A stretch of DNA of 64,000 nucleotides, taken from NCBI GenBank assembly GCA_903851235.1, contig CAINNR010000015.1, positions 11,327-75,326 of the forward strand, given 5' to 3'. Numbering within the stretch: position 1 is the first letter of the stretch; the number at the start of each line of letters is the position of its first letter. The notes beneath the pieces are model-generated. The model searched no databases and was not told where the DNA came from. It saw nothing but the letters and a program-made list of their open reading frames with translations. This DNA comes from an uncultured Candidatus Berkelbacteria bacterium. GTDB lineage: Bacteria > Patescibacteriota > UBA1384 > XYA2-FULL-43-10 > CAINNR01. This document shows, in pieces, positions 36,050 through 45,885 of the stretch. Made by a program: the position numbers and the translations under genes.

Positions 36050-37413
36050 GATATCTGACTGGTATCATAATTTCCACCGTATTGGAAGTGCATTGTGTCG
36101 CAAGTGCAGAAAAATTTTCCACCCCAAAAGAAACCGTCTTTTTGGAAAATATCACTAACAGTTTTTGGTATATTAGTCGAGCAGCTAGAACTATCCCTTG
36201 CTTGACCGCCGGAGATTGAACTTCGTTTATTGTTTGGGTTTTGGTTAGGGTTTATATCAATTGCTGTCCCGAATCCATGTGGGCTGATTGTGCCTTTGCG
36301 ATTGGTATTTTCTCTAACACTAGTTCCTTGAACGTCGCTAAAATTGTAAGTTACACCAGCGGCTTTCAAATCGGCCTGAACTTTATCAAGCGCCGAGGTT
36401 ATTGCTTTGTTGACTCCACCGGAGATGTTGTGACCCATGAACGAGTAAGAAACAATATTTTTTCCCGGGGTGCCGACGGCATTCTGAACATCTGTAATAT
36501 TTTTCCAAATTCCAACTTGGTCATATTGCCCCAAACTGGTTCCGACGGTACGAAAATCCATTGAGGAGTTGGAGCCGGAGGTGGCACCACAATTATCAGA
36601 CCCTCCGGTTGCACCGGAACCGGCGGCTGTAGTAAATCGCCATCTCGTTTTTGCGTCGCTCTCGGCGCCCAAACTTGTCATTGCGATTTGCGATATGTCA
36701 AGACCAACCCTATTAGCCGGTCGTGCATTATTCAAGACATATCCCGAGTCAGTATAGACATATGGTCCGGAGTCGATGACTGCCAGCACCACAGTTTTCC
36801 CGTTATATTCAACTTCAATTCTTGGGCACTGGTTAACATTTCCATGGCAGGCGACTGGTATGCTTGTTAGGGGAAGCGCAGCAAAGTATTCGGTCGGTCG
36901 ACTACAGCCGGTTGGAAGACCGCTTCTGCCGACGCAGTTGTCGACATCATCGGTGCATGTCATACACTCCTCCATGTCTTTAGCTGATGATAATGCCGTT
37001 GAGTCTTTATGGCACCATTTATACTTCATATCTCGGTTATGTTGGGATTTATCACATTTGCCGCCAAAGGTTGTTGTCACTATGTTTTCATGCCAATCGG
37101 TTGTAGCGCCAGCGGGAATTGCAACTGTTCCGGACAAACCACTGTTCATGCAAGCTTGGGCGCTGTTGCCATTTGGATCGCCGATTGAGCGAACGTAAAA
37201 AGCGATTGCAGAACCCCAAGCGGCGGCTGCCGACAGACCCATAAAAAGAACAACAAGAATCGAGACGATTATTGCTTTTCGCCACTTATTCTTATCACCA
37301 CCTATGGTGAAAAAGTTTTTGACTTTATCAATTGGGTTCGAGGATTGGCCACCAGTGGTGGCATTTGGCGTTTCGTTTTGTTCTGTTGTTTCATCAGGCA
37401 TAAAATTTACCAA
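35995..37413 (-). CDS. bifunctional cell-wall hydrolase: RlpA-like DPBB domain + M15 (LAS-family) peptidase domain
   Basis: TM anchor; PTEYFAALP...CPRIEVEYNGKTVVLAVIDSGPYV...GLDISQIAMTSLG matches the RlpA/DPBB core (V.V.N..NGKSVVVRVNDRGP); C-terminal HGFGTAIDIN and WGGKFFCTCDTMHFQY match M15 peptidase metal-binding motifs. Confidence 0.6.
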   Translation of the reverse strand: MVNFMPDETTEQNETPNATTGGQSSNPIDKVKNFFTIGGDKNKWRKAIIVSILVVLFMGLSAAAAWGSAIAFYVRSIGDPNGNSAQACMNSGLSGTVAIPAGATTDWHENIVTTTFGGKCDKSQHNRDMKYKWCHKDSTALSSAKDMEECMTCTDDVDNCVGRSGLPTGCSRPTEYFAALPLTSIPVACHGNVNQCPRIEVEYNGKTVVLAVIDSGPYVYTDSGYVLNNARPANRVGLDISQIAMTSLGAESDAKTRWRFTTAAGSGATGGSDNCGATSGSNSSMDFRTVGTSLGQYDQVGIWKNITDVQNAVGTPGKNIVSYSFMGHNISGGVNKAITSALDKVQADLKAAGVTYNFSDVQGTSVRENTNRKGTISPHGFGTAIDINPNQNPNNKRSSISGGQARDSSSCSTNIPKTVSDIFQKDGFFWGGKFFCTCDTMHFQYGGNYDTSQISWPDFKLLPADTTPGCPK

Positions 37414-37480
37414 TTACTTTCAATCAAAATATAAAATATATATGATAGATTTCTGATAATCTCGAAATGATTTTGAAAAA

Positions 37481-39274
37481 TTAATTATTCGGGTAAAGCG
37501 AATCACATTTGGCTTTTTGCTGGGTTAACGAATTGGTCTGCGTTCTTGCCACCAAATCCCAGATAGGAATTTTGGAAAGATCCGGTTTTTGATTGGTGTA
37601 ATTTGTCCAAATTATCTGGCATTGCTCAAGCGTCGGGTTACCGGTTGAGCCAAACCATGTGAGAGGGTTATACCAAACTGTTTGGCTGGTTGACGATGGA
37701 GTTGTTGTGGCCGCTTGGCTGGTTGACGACTGGACCAAAGTTGTCCCAGTCGCTGATGGCGACAAAGTGCTACCGGAGGTTGGAGAACTGGGATCCATCA
37801 GCCCAGGTTGAGCAACCGGCGACGTTGTCGTGGTTGAGACGCTGGCGGTGGTTTTTGCTGCCCCACTCTTAATATTGACCAGTCCAATGTAGTCGTTATA
37901 ACCGTGACCAATTGCTCTTTTTTTGTAAATCGACACACCCCATTTGTAAAGTCTGGCTTTGTCGTCGTCGGTCAGACCGGCGGTATTTAGCGGGATGGAT
38001 AGAGTTTTTGGTAGATTGTCATAATCAATAATAAACGAACCAACTTCCTTGAATGTCAGCGGCGACTTAAAATAACCGCCGTAACCCAGGTCGTGCCACG
38101 GAGTGGCATTGATAACGACACCGAATTCAGTTTTGGCATTGACCTTTGGTGTTGCCCCATTCACTTTGGACAAACCTTTTGGACTCGGGTAGGCATCGCC
38201 GATCGTAATATTCAGTGTATTGCCACTTACGGTCATCGAAGTTTTATCATAACCGCTGGCGCGAAAATATCCCAAATAACCATCTTTGTAAAAAGTGTTG
38301 TTCATGTAAGTCGAATTCATCGCCATCATTACTTTGTCCAGCGCCAAGATACAGGTCATTTCGGTGTAAAGTTGCGTGCTTTGTCCGTTAACCGCGGTTA
38401 CTTTATGGTCGGCGCCACGGGTGATATCAATAGAATTTACATTGGTTTTGTAACCGGAAGCGCTAGAACTTACGGTATATTTTCCGTTCGGTGCGGCAAC
38501 TTCAGCCACCCAATAATTGCCGAAATTATAAGTTTTCTTTACAGCTGATATGCCGCCAGTTGCGTTGCTGGCGGAAATAAAATGTCCTTTGTCAATTTTG
38601 TTAGGGTTTTTAAAATTGGCGTCGTAACTTTCCGGGTCGACTGGAGCGACCGTGCCGCGAACCGCATAATCGGTGACAATTACTTTTATGCCGGAGTTAT
38701 CGGGAACAGCGTCTTTTAACTGCGTGCATTTCCCTGACATTGGGATGCCAATACAACCGTGAGTAGCGCCAGAAGAAAAATGAATACCTAAATGGCGACA
38801 CTTTTTCCCGTCCTTAGTTTCTTGATTAGCGGGGCAAACCGGATCACCGCCAAAAGTTGGGTTGCCGTCTAAGTTTAAGAACCATTCTCCACTTAAAGCT
38901 CCGGTCAGAGGTTTGGTCCAATCCGCGGCGCTGTAGACACCCAACGATGTCATACAAGTGGCATCAGTAGGAGCTCCTGATGTTCCGCATCCGGCAATAC
39001 TTGGTTGATAAATACTTTCTTTAATTTTTGTTGGCGAAGTGCCGACATTAACCGGAGTGATAATAATGGGACCGCTGCTATTATAGCCAGTTAGCGCACC
39101 CTCGCCTGTTTGAGGATTTATGGCCACAACAATCAACTGAATGTTTCCGGCATTTGTACTTGGGGACAATGTATCGGCGGCGATTTTATTGAGATAAATG
39201 TATATTCCCAGAGCAATTAATCCCAAAAAAACTACCGACAAACCGACAAACAAGAAAACTTTTGATCGTTTCAT
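37481..39274 (-). CDS. membrane-anchored L,D-transpeptidase (YkuD)-like domain protein with Ser/Thr-rich C-terminal region
   Basis: TM anchor; RHLGIHFSSGATHGCIGIP resembles the YkuD catalytic H...S.GC(I/V) motif; C-terminal low-complexity S/T-rich tail. Confidence 0.4.
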   Translation of the reverse strand: MKRSKVFLFVGLSVVFLGLIALGIYIYLNKIAADTLSPSTNAGNIQLIVVAINPQTGEGALTGYNSSGPIIITPVNVGTSPTKIKESIYQPSIAGCGTSGAPTDATCMTSLGVYSAADWTKPLTGALSGEWFLNLDGNPTFGGDPVCPANQETKDGKKCRHLGIHFSSGATHGCIGIPMSGKCTQLKDAVPDNSGIKVIVTDYAVRGTVAPVDPESYDANFKNPNKIDKGHFISASNATGGISAVKKTYNFGNYWVAEVAAPNGKYTVSSSASGYKTNVNSIDITRGADHKVTAVNGQSTQLYTEMTCILALDKVMMAMNSTYMNNTFYKDGYLGYFRASGYDKTSMTVSGNTLNITIGDAYPSPKGLSKVNGATPKVNAKTEFGVVINATPWHDLGYGGYFKSPLTFKEVGSFIIDYDNLPKTLSIPLNTAGLTDDDKARLYKWGVSIYKKRAIGHGYNDYIGLVNIKSGAAKTTASVSTTTTSPVAQPGLMDPSSPTSGSTLSPSATGTTLVQSSTSQAATTTPSSTSQTVWYNPLTWFGSTGNPTLEQCQIIWTNYTNQKPDLSKIPIWDLVARTQTNSLTQQKAKCDSLYPNN

Positions 39275-39312
39275 AATCTCCCCAAAATTAATTTAATTTA
39301 TTCATAATAATA

Positions 39313-40815
39313 TTATCGAACCGGTCCAACCGTTGTACCGCTGACAAATTGCCAATTAAATCTATCAATGATTTTGGGATCGCCGCCCAAATATGTCATC
39401 GCGGTCGGACTGATGTCCAAGCCGGCCGGATTGCTTTTTTGTGGTGAACAGCCGCCGACATTTATCCCACTTTCGACCGATGGTCGATCCGGTCCACAAA
39501 TATAACTCTTATCGACGGTATTGCACGGACCGCTGTCAACAACCGCCAGGATCACCGATTTTCCATTTGCCGGGTTTGTAACTTTAATCCGCATACATTT
39601 ATTTATATCGCCGTTGCACTGTTGTGCGACTGCTCCGTATGGCAAAGAGGCGAAATATTGGGTTGGACCATCGCAACCGGTAGAAATGTGACTGCCACCG
39701 GCGTAGCACGGATCACCATTGTCAGCGCACTTTCCATCTTTGCCACAACCACCGAACTGAGTTGTCCGAATATTTGTTCGAATTAAGTCTTGGCAAGCGC
39801 AGACAAAAGTTGCTGGGAAACTTTTGAGCCCGGAATAAGTAATTGGGGAGACAACATTATAACTTCGATCTTCGCTTCGTGGTACCAGAATATCCGGGTT
39901 TAGATCACCTCGCCCTGGAATGAGCGGAACGATACGGGTTTTCACAGCGAAACCGTTGATCCAACTTTGGTATTTGGCATCATCAGACAAACCGGATAAA
40001 TCCGGATCGAATTTTAACGAAGTTGTCTTGATGACCGATTCAAGTGGAAGTTTAATAGTCTGCAAACTTTTGCCTGAAGATGCAATCTGTTTGGCGCCGG
40101 ACCAATTTTCGGACACGGCATAAACATCAAAATAGACATCGGCTTTTGGCACTGCGCTGGTTCCACCGCTAATTATCCAACTATTTCCAAGTTTTATCGG
40201 CACGGTAAAAGTTGCGGTTGACGGGATTTGTTTATTTTGTACTTGGCTTAATGAAATATAATTGCGCAGATAATGGACGTCATTTTTGCTCAAATGATAA
40301 AAACCTTGGTAGCCGGCAGCGTAAGCGCCCCAATTATAAAGACTGTACATCAAATCAGTTTCGCGATCGACAAAATAATTATTTTGCACGCTTCCGCCGT
40401 TTGTCAGTAAGGTTGAAATTACCGCTGTTCCGGTTGGGCTCTTAAGGTGAACATCGGCGGCTCTTTTTGCGTTGTATTTTCCACCGGAGAGATAGACGGC
40501 GTAACTGCATGAGTTGGGGCTCGGAACGCTAATACTGTAATTACCGGATGAATCAGTTGTTGCCGAATAACTTTTATCGCTACAATCTACCAGTGTGACG
40601 GTAACTCCGATCGCAACTTTGCCATAGATGGCGCTTTCCAAACTATAGTTGACGGCATCCAAACTCTCAAAAACTTTTCCTTTAAAGACTGCGCTGTTAA
40701 GTTGATCGGCTTTAATAAAAGCGAGAAAAAATATCGCGATTACGAATAATACGCAGGCAACCACAATTAAGGATACTGTTGTCGAAACCCTGACATTTTT
40801 TATTTTCATAATCAT
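39313..40815 (-). CDS. membrane-anchored carboxypeptidase-regulatory-like domain + RlpA-like DPBB domain protein
   Basis: TM anchor; GKVAIGVTVTLVDCSDKSYSATTDSSGNYSISVP (CarbopepD_reg-like); C-terminal PTQYFASLP...CMRIKVTNPANGKSVILAVVDSGP...AGLDISPTAMTYLGG DPBB core. Confidence 0.55.
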   Translation of the reverse strand: MIMKIKNVRVSTTVSLIVVACVLFVIAIFFLAFIKADQLNSAVFKGKVFESLDAVNYSLESAIYGKVAIGVTVTLVDCSDKSYSATTDSSGNYSISVPSPNSCSYAVYLSGGKYNAKRAADVHLKSPTGTAVISTLLTNGGSVQNNYFVDRETDLMYSLYNWGAYAAGYQGFYHLSKNDVHYLRNYISLSQVQNKQIPSTATFTVPIKLGNSWIISGGTSAVPKADVYFDVYAVSENWSGAKQIASSGKSLQTIKLPLESVIKTTSLKFDPDLSGLSDDAKYQSWINGFAVKTRIVPLIPGRGDLNPDILVPRSEDRSYNVVSPITYSGLKSFPATFVCACQDLIRTNIRTTQFGGCGKDGKCADNGDPCYAGGSHISTGCDGPTQYFASLPYGAVAQQCNGDINKCMRIKVTNPANGKSVILAVVDSGPCNTVDKSYICGPDRPSVESGINVGGCSPQKSNPAGLDISPTAMTYLGGDPKIIDRFNWQFVSGTTVGPVR

Positions 40816-40821
40816 ATTTTT

Positions 40822-42969
40822 CTACATACTTTCTTGGTCGCCGGGGGTTTGGCCGGATTGGGCCAGAAGTTGCTCCGGATTGGTGGTGATTACCTGATCC
40901 TCGGAGTAGGAAGCTATGACTTTGATCGCCACATGATTCAAGCCGGCAAAAAACAAGCCTTCGCCGACATCGCTTTCCAGGAGAAGATATTTTTCACCCT
41001 CGGTTAAGCCGAAAGTTTCGGCGATGATATCAACTGACGCCGTCGATTGTTTCAAAAGAATTTGCATTGATGAGTTGGAAACAATTGATTTTCCATATCG
41101 TGATGAGAGGAAATCCTCGACATCTTGGCTGATGATCGTTAATCCCAAATAGTATTTTCTGGCGCGTTTCGCCAAGCCGTGGAGGAATTTGGCCGAGTCT
41201 TCGTACTGCATCATCCACCAAGCTTCATCAATAATCATCAACCGGCGACGCATATCCATCCGAATTTTGGTCCAAATATAATTTAGAATCGTGTACATTG
41301 CCACCGGTCGGAGTGCTTCCTCCAAATCACGGACGGAGAAGACGACAAAACCGGGTTTTAGTTCAAAGTTGGTCGGAGCATTGAACAGTCCGGCAAATGT
41401 TCCCTCAACGTACTTTGACAGCCTCCTGGTGATACTTTCGGTGCCGTTCATGTTGGAGAGAACGTTGTAAAAATCCTGCATAATCGGCGGTTCGTTTTTC
41501 TGGCTCTCCGGATCGGTGGTTATATCCTTTAGGGCATATGCTTCGTACAGACCTTTTTCAACCAATGAATCCTCCTCCGGTGTTAAACCGGCAACCATCA
41601 AATTGATCAAACCGTGAACCGAAGAGATATTCGATCGCAGAACATCCTCGCCTGACTCTTTCTCTGGATCGAGTCCGCGCGGCAAATCAAAGGGATTAAT
41701 TCGCTGCTGGGAATTTAGCGAATAGCGTAAATAACTGCCACCGACGGCATCGCAAAGATTTTTGTACTCCGATTCCGGATCGACAATAATAATATCGGTG
41801 CCGAACATCAAACTTCGCAAGGCTTCCAATTTGATCATGTAAGATTTACCCGAACCGGACTTGGCAAAGACGACCGAGTTGGCATTTTCCAGCGAGAAGC
41901 GGTCGAAAATGATCAATGAATTATTGTGGCGATTAATACCGTATAAAATTCCATCCTCCTGGGTCAACTCCGATGAGGTGAAGGGGAAGATTGATGAGAC
42001 TGAGCCGGTGTCCAAATTTCGCAGAACGGAAATTGAGTCGCGCATCATCGGTGCGGTGGAGATAAATCCCTCTGACATTTGTAACAGCGTTTCTTTGGTG
42101 TAAATTAACATTCCACCCAAAGTTGATTCTAACTGTTTAGTTACAGTGTTTAACTCCTCGAGTGTGTGAGCGTAAATCGTAAAGTATAATCCCAATTGGA
42201 AGAGTCGAACCTCACCGCGTTGCAAGACATCACGCAATGATTCAACATCACCAAGCGCAGTTTCCAACTCCGGGTCGCGCGGTTGGCCCTTTTCTTGGGC
42301 AATCATAAGTGATGACTGAATTTTGCCCACTTGGCTTTTCAGATCTTTCATAACATTAGTGGTTTCCAGCGGATGGATGTGCATGCCGATGTCCATTGTA
42401 ATGTCATAATTAATTAGCGGTGAAAGCCAATTGGCGTCAAGATAACGCGGATAGGTGTAGACGAAAAGTGTTTTACAAAATGTGTCACCGAGTTGCAAAT
42501 AATTTGGATTAAGGACGAAGGCCGCCGGCGCAATAATGTCTCGAACAGTTAACATTCCCTCCTGGAAGATTTTTTGCGCTTCCCTGACCTCAAGATTCTC
42601 TTGAGCAATGGTGCGAGGATCGGTGCTGATCGCAGTTGGCTGATCGGTCAAATTGGGTTTACTTGTGGCGAGCGGAGTCGAACCATTGGTCTCACTGGAC
42701 AAATCTGGTTTGGGCGTCAGCGACTGGACCGGAATGGCGACTTGTGGCGGCAATTTGAATTTTGTCGTCACATTCGCCTGATCCGAAAGACCGGTTTTGT
42801 TACCTGTCTTTTTCACTTGATCGGCTTGCCAAAAATCAGCCGAGTCGTTAGTCGGCTGTACCGGATTTGCCGAATTCACCGGCGCGCCAAAAGTAGCAGC
42901 AGGTGTTGCGTTGATTGGAGTACTTGCTGGCGGAGTATCGGGAATTAAATTTTGGTTTGTTTGGGCCAT
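40822..42969 (-). CDS. virB4: VirB4/TraE/PrgJ-family T4SS ATPase (C-terminal ATPase part)
   Basis: Disordered 130-aa N-terminus, then DUF87-like region; Walker A AKSGSGKSYMIK, Walker B MIIDEAWWMM, C-terminal motifs typical of VirB4/CagE. Confidence 0.85.
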   Translation of the reverse strand: MAQTNQNLIPDTPPASTPINATPAATFGAPVNSANPVQPTNDSADFWQADQVKKTGNKTGLSDQANVTTKFKLPPQVAIPVQSLTPKPDLSSETNGSTPLATSKPNLTDQPTAISTDPRTIAQENLEVREAQKIFQEGMLTVRDIIAPAAFVLNPNYLQLGDTFCKTLFVYTYPRYLDANWLSPLINYDITMDIGMHIHPLETTNVMKDLKSQVGKIQSSLMIAQEKGQPRDPELETALGDVESLRDVLQRGEVRLFQLGLYFTIYAHTLEELNTVTKQLESTLGGMLIYTKETLLQMSEGFISTAPMMRDSISVLRNLDTGSVSSIFPFTSSELTQEDGILYGINRHNNSLIIFDRFSLENANSVVFAKSGSGKSYMIKLEALRSLMFGTDIIIVDPESEYKNLCDAVGGSYLRYSLNSQQRINPFDLPRGLDPEKESGEDVLRSNISSVHGLINLMVAGLTPEEDSLVEKGLYEAYALKDITTDPESQKNEPPIMQDFYNVLSNMNGTESITRRLSKYVEGTFAGLFNAPTNFELKPGFVVFSVRDLEEALRPVAMYTILNYIWTKIRMDMRRRLMIIDEAWWMMQYEDSAKFLHGLAKRARKYYLGLTIISQDVEDFLSSRYGKSIVSNSSMQILLKQSTASVDIIAETFGLTEGEKYLLLESDVGEGLFFAGLNHVAIKVIASYSEDQVITTNPEQLLAQSGQTPGDQESM

Positions 42970-42980
42970 TTCAAGTTGAT

Positions 42981-43769
42981 CTAATTAGTCAAATTTGTTT
43001 TATCAACGGGTGGACTTGCTACAGTTGCCGTTACAGCCCCCGTTTTATTATCAGCATTTGTGGCCGGTGTTTCCGCTGTCGTTGTCGGCGCGATTGCCTT
43101 CTCGGCCGCTTCGGCCTGTTTTTTCATTTTGTCCTGTTCGCGAACGTATTCGGTATTATCAATCACCGGTGTTTCGTCAACAGTGTTGACCGGCTTTTCA
43201 ATATCCAGTTCAGTTGGTGTTTCCCTACGGCTGACAATATTCGCCTGAAGCGTTTCCAAATCACCCAGCCGTTCTTTGTCGGCGATGCCGGGATTATAAA
43301 AATTGTAAAAAAGTTCAATCAATTCGCCGGTTGTTAACTGTTTGCAGTGAAGGCCGATTGATCCGAGTCCGGAGGCGATGACACCGGCTCGCTCTCGCAG
43401 TTCGTTGCCGTGAGTTGTGAAAACCTTCTCGGAAATTTTCAGCAGCGAAACCGAATTACCGCGATTTAGCAATTTATCGACAAAAGACAGATTTTGAAGC
43501 TCAATATTCTCCCAGCCAATGACAACATAAAAACGTTTTTTCATAATATTCGCCATGTTGATCAGCTCGGAAATAAAGTCAACATAGTCAGCTGTTTGGG
43601 CTTTTAAAAGTTCGATGGTCTGTTCCGCCGCTCTTTTTCGAAGTTTGGCCAGATACGGGGTCAGGTCAAGTTTTCGCGACTGAACCAAAATTTGGATCGG
43701 GAAGTGGAGTGAATTTAAGAAACCTTGAAATTGAAAAATTATTGAGTTCTGTTCCCGCTCGCTTTTCAA
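42981..43769 (-). CDS. VirB4/Tn916-Orf16 N-terminal-domain-like protein (split from ATPase part)
   Basis: IIFQFQGFLNSLHFPIQILVQSRKLDLTPYL...RFYVVIGWE resembles the conserved N-terminal region of Gram-positive VirB4 homologues (Tn916 Orf16 / TcpF); ends in a Thr/Ala-rich disordered tail 11 nt before the ATPase ORF, in a different frame. Confidence 0.4.
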   Translation of the reverse strand: MKSEREQNSIIFQFQGFLNSLHFPIQILVQSRKLDLTPYLAKLRKRAAEQTIELLKAQTADYVDFISELINMANIMKKRFYVVIGWENIELQNLSFVDKLLNRGNSVSLLKISEKVFTTHGNELRERAGVIASGLGSIGLHCKQLTTGELIELFYNFYNPGIADKERLGDLETLQANIVSRRETPTELDIEKPVNTVDETPVIDNTEYVREQDKMKKQAEAAEKAIAPTTTAETPATNADNKTGAVTATVASPPVDKTNLTN

Positions 43770-43932
43770 GCCGAAATTGATCGCGGTGACATCAAGAATC
43801 AGGCGGTACGAACCGTCCTTTAGGATGACAATTCCGTCCTCAACGCCGGCAATCTCCAGATTCTCCTGCGTCGATGCGGCAAGTTTTGTTTTGCTTGAAG
43901 CCAGAATCCCCTCCTTAGCTAATCAAATCAGT

Positions 43933-44349
43933 CTAATTTGGACTAGTCCGTCCGCGTTTATCTATTACACTTGCCAGCTTTTCAATATCGGCACGCGAAT
44001 ATCGTTTGTTGGCGTACGGATCGGCAACTCTCTCAACTTTCGGCTGATAAATCTCAACCCGGACATTATTTTCGCTTTTATGCCAAAGTCTGGTTTTCGG
44101 GTTGGCGGCATAGGCCATGGCGTTTTTCAGAAACTGACCAAAGGAGCGACCATTGACTTTAACGAAACAGATGCAAAATGTCAGGATAAAAATCGGCAAA
44201 GCCAGAACCCAGTTGATCGGGGATGGAAGTGAACTAATGGCGATATAACCGGCGCCGCCACCGAGAACGGCATAGACAAACTGGACCATCGAAAGTGGTC
44301 CCAAAATTTTATCCTCGATATCGATTTTTTGTGGCACTTTGAACTGCAT
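43933..44349 (-). CDS. PrgI/VirB3-like small two-TM T4SS protein
   Basis: 138 aa, conserved MQFKVPQKIDIEDKILGPLSMVQFVYAVLGG start and two adjacent TM helices as in the PrgI family; position upstream of VirB4. Confidence 0.4.
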   Translation of the reverse strand: MQFKVPQKIDIEDKILGPLSMVQFVYAVLGGGAGYIAISSLPSPINWVLALPIFILTFCICFVKVNGRSFGQFLKNAMAYAANPKTRLWHKSENNVRVEIYQPKVERVADPYANKRYSRADIEKLASVIDKRGRTSPN

Positions 44350-44370
44350 TGTTTTACGGTTCCTTGCTAA

Positions 44371-44400
44371 ATGATCTTTCGGAGTCTACCGAAGGTGACC
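44371..44400 (-). repeat. 30-nt conserved upstream motif (copy 2)
   Basis: Reverse complement ggtcaccttcggtagactccgaaagatcat; 27/30 identical to 3383..3412; 22 nt upstream of the PrgI-like start. Confidence 0.5.
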
Positions 44401-44601
44401 CCACAGGCGAATAATTTCCCGAAATTACGAATAAAATTCAATTGAGACACAAGAAACAAGATACAAACAAATCCCAAATTATTAAATCCAATATCCAAAC
44501 GGTTTAATATCTTGAAAATTGGAATTTGAATATTGTTTGGTTATTGCCGCTTGTAACTTGTATCTTCAACTATTGTATCAAATTTTTCCGCAATAGATAA
44601 A

Positions 44602-45831
44602 TTAGGCGGCTTTATTAATTGCTTCAACCGGTGAAACAGCGGCGATCTCCGGATCCGCAGCTTTATAAATATCAACTATACTATTCAGAATGCCCCACAA
44701 ACTTTCACCATTTCCATCGGTAGATTTTGAATTATCCGGCATCGCCGGTTCACCAATACCGTCTTGGAGGAGGGAATCCCAATTGTTTTCATCATCGGAA
44801 TCCCTCGCGCTCAAATTGGTGGTTGCGGTGGCTGTCGATATCAAAACCCTTTCTTTTAGCGCTGTTTTGTTCGCCATTTGGCTCTTAATTTGATCAAAAA
44901 AGAAATGACTTTCTTCAATCCAAGCGTTCAGAGCCGATTTATTCTTCATCAGATTTCGCTGATTTTCCGCTGGCATTACCCGCCAAATTGAATTTAAAAA
45001 ACCATTAAATTCACCGCCGGATTGCAGATAAGCGGCGATTTTCTCGGCCAAAATTTCCTCCGAAAGCCAGACCATTTTTTCCGCCTTATCTTCATCGGTT
45101 GCTTCCGGACGACTTATTGCCGCTGAATATTGATTGAGGGCGTTAACCGATCGATATGATTCTCTCAGACTGAGATCTCCGCCGTCAGTCACTAAGCCGC
45201 CGATTTTTGCTCGCATTTCACCGCTCTGACCGACTCCGTTGCGCGAAAGCCCGTGGGCGATTTCGTGCTTTAAAATGTGGACGATATTTTGTGGCACGCC
45301 ATCAACCTTTTGAAACAATTCATCATAAATTATAATCACCGGATAGTTTTTATCATACTCGCAAACCTTATCCACTCCGCCGCCGGATTCGCGGCGAACA
45401 ATGCGAAATGCCAGCGCCTGCAAAGTTTCGGCGTCCAAAGTTCCGTTGGCGACCAATTCAGCCAAAGCACAGGTGACCTCGACTTTCTCCTCGGGCGAAA
45501 AATTTCCGTAAAGTATTGGCTCCACCATCTCAAAATATTTTAACGTCTCAGATAAATTTTTCTCACTCAGATCGACGCCCTCGGCCCAACCTTTCGTACA
45601 ATTAACAATTTCCTCATCACTTAAGACTCCGGTTTGTTTTATTCGCAAAAAAGACTCGATTCCGGATCGTTGTTCAAGTCGTCGATTTTCTTTGTCGATA
45701 AGTGTTTTAATTTGAGCTTCCTTTTGCGGGTCCGGTTTGGCTTCGGGCTTGGCCTCGTCAGTCTTCGGCAACTCAACCGGAGTGGGAGTTTCGGCGCTAG
45801 AATCAATTAAATCCGATGGTAATTTGGGCAT
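44602..45831 (-). CDS. cytoplasmic HExxH zinc-metallopeptidase-like protein (candidate T4SS-associated effector/processing enzyme)
   Basis: NIVHILKHEIAHGL contains an HEIAH motif; no signal peptide or TM; Pro/Glu-rich N-terminus. Confidence 0.4.
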   Translation of the reverse strand: MPKLPSDLIDSSAETPTPVELPKTDEAKPEAKPDPQKEAQIKTLIDKENRRLEQRSGIESFLRIKQTGVLSDEEIVNCTKGWAEGVDLSEKNLSETLKYFEMVEPILYGNFSPEEKVEVTCALAELVANGTLDAETLQALAFRIVRRESGGGVDKVCEYDKNYPVIIIYDELFQKVDGVPQNIVHILKHEIAHGLSRNGVGQSGEMRAKIGGLVTDGGDLSLRESYRSVNALNQYSAAISRPEATDEDKAEKMVWLSEEILAEKIAAYLQSGGEFNGFLNSIWRVMPAENQRNLMKNKSALNAWIEESHFFFDQIKSQMANKTALKERVLISTATATTNLSARDSDDENNWDSLLQDGIGEPAMPDNSKSTDGNGESLWGILNSIVDIYKAADPEIAAVSPVEAINKAA

Positions 45832-45885
45832 AATTTCAATCTTTCTATTGACAAATTATAGGCGTTTGCTAAAATATAGTTAACG

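Noticed and set aside
34724-40815. Reading the TM-anchored hydrolase-like proteins as generic lipoproteins or S-layer proteins
   Set aside because: Specific DPBB (NGKSV.LAV.DSGP), M15 (H.FG.AIDIN / WGG....D.MHF) and M23 (HxxxD / HxH) motifs are present, arguing for enzymatic cell-wall roles
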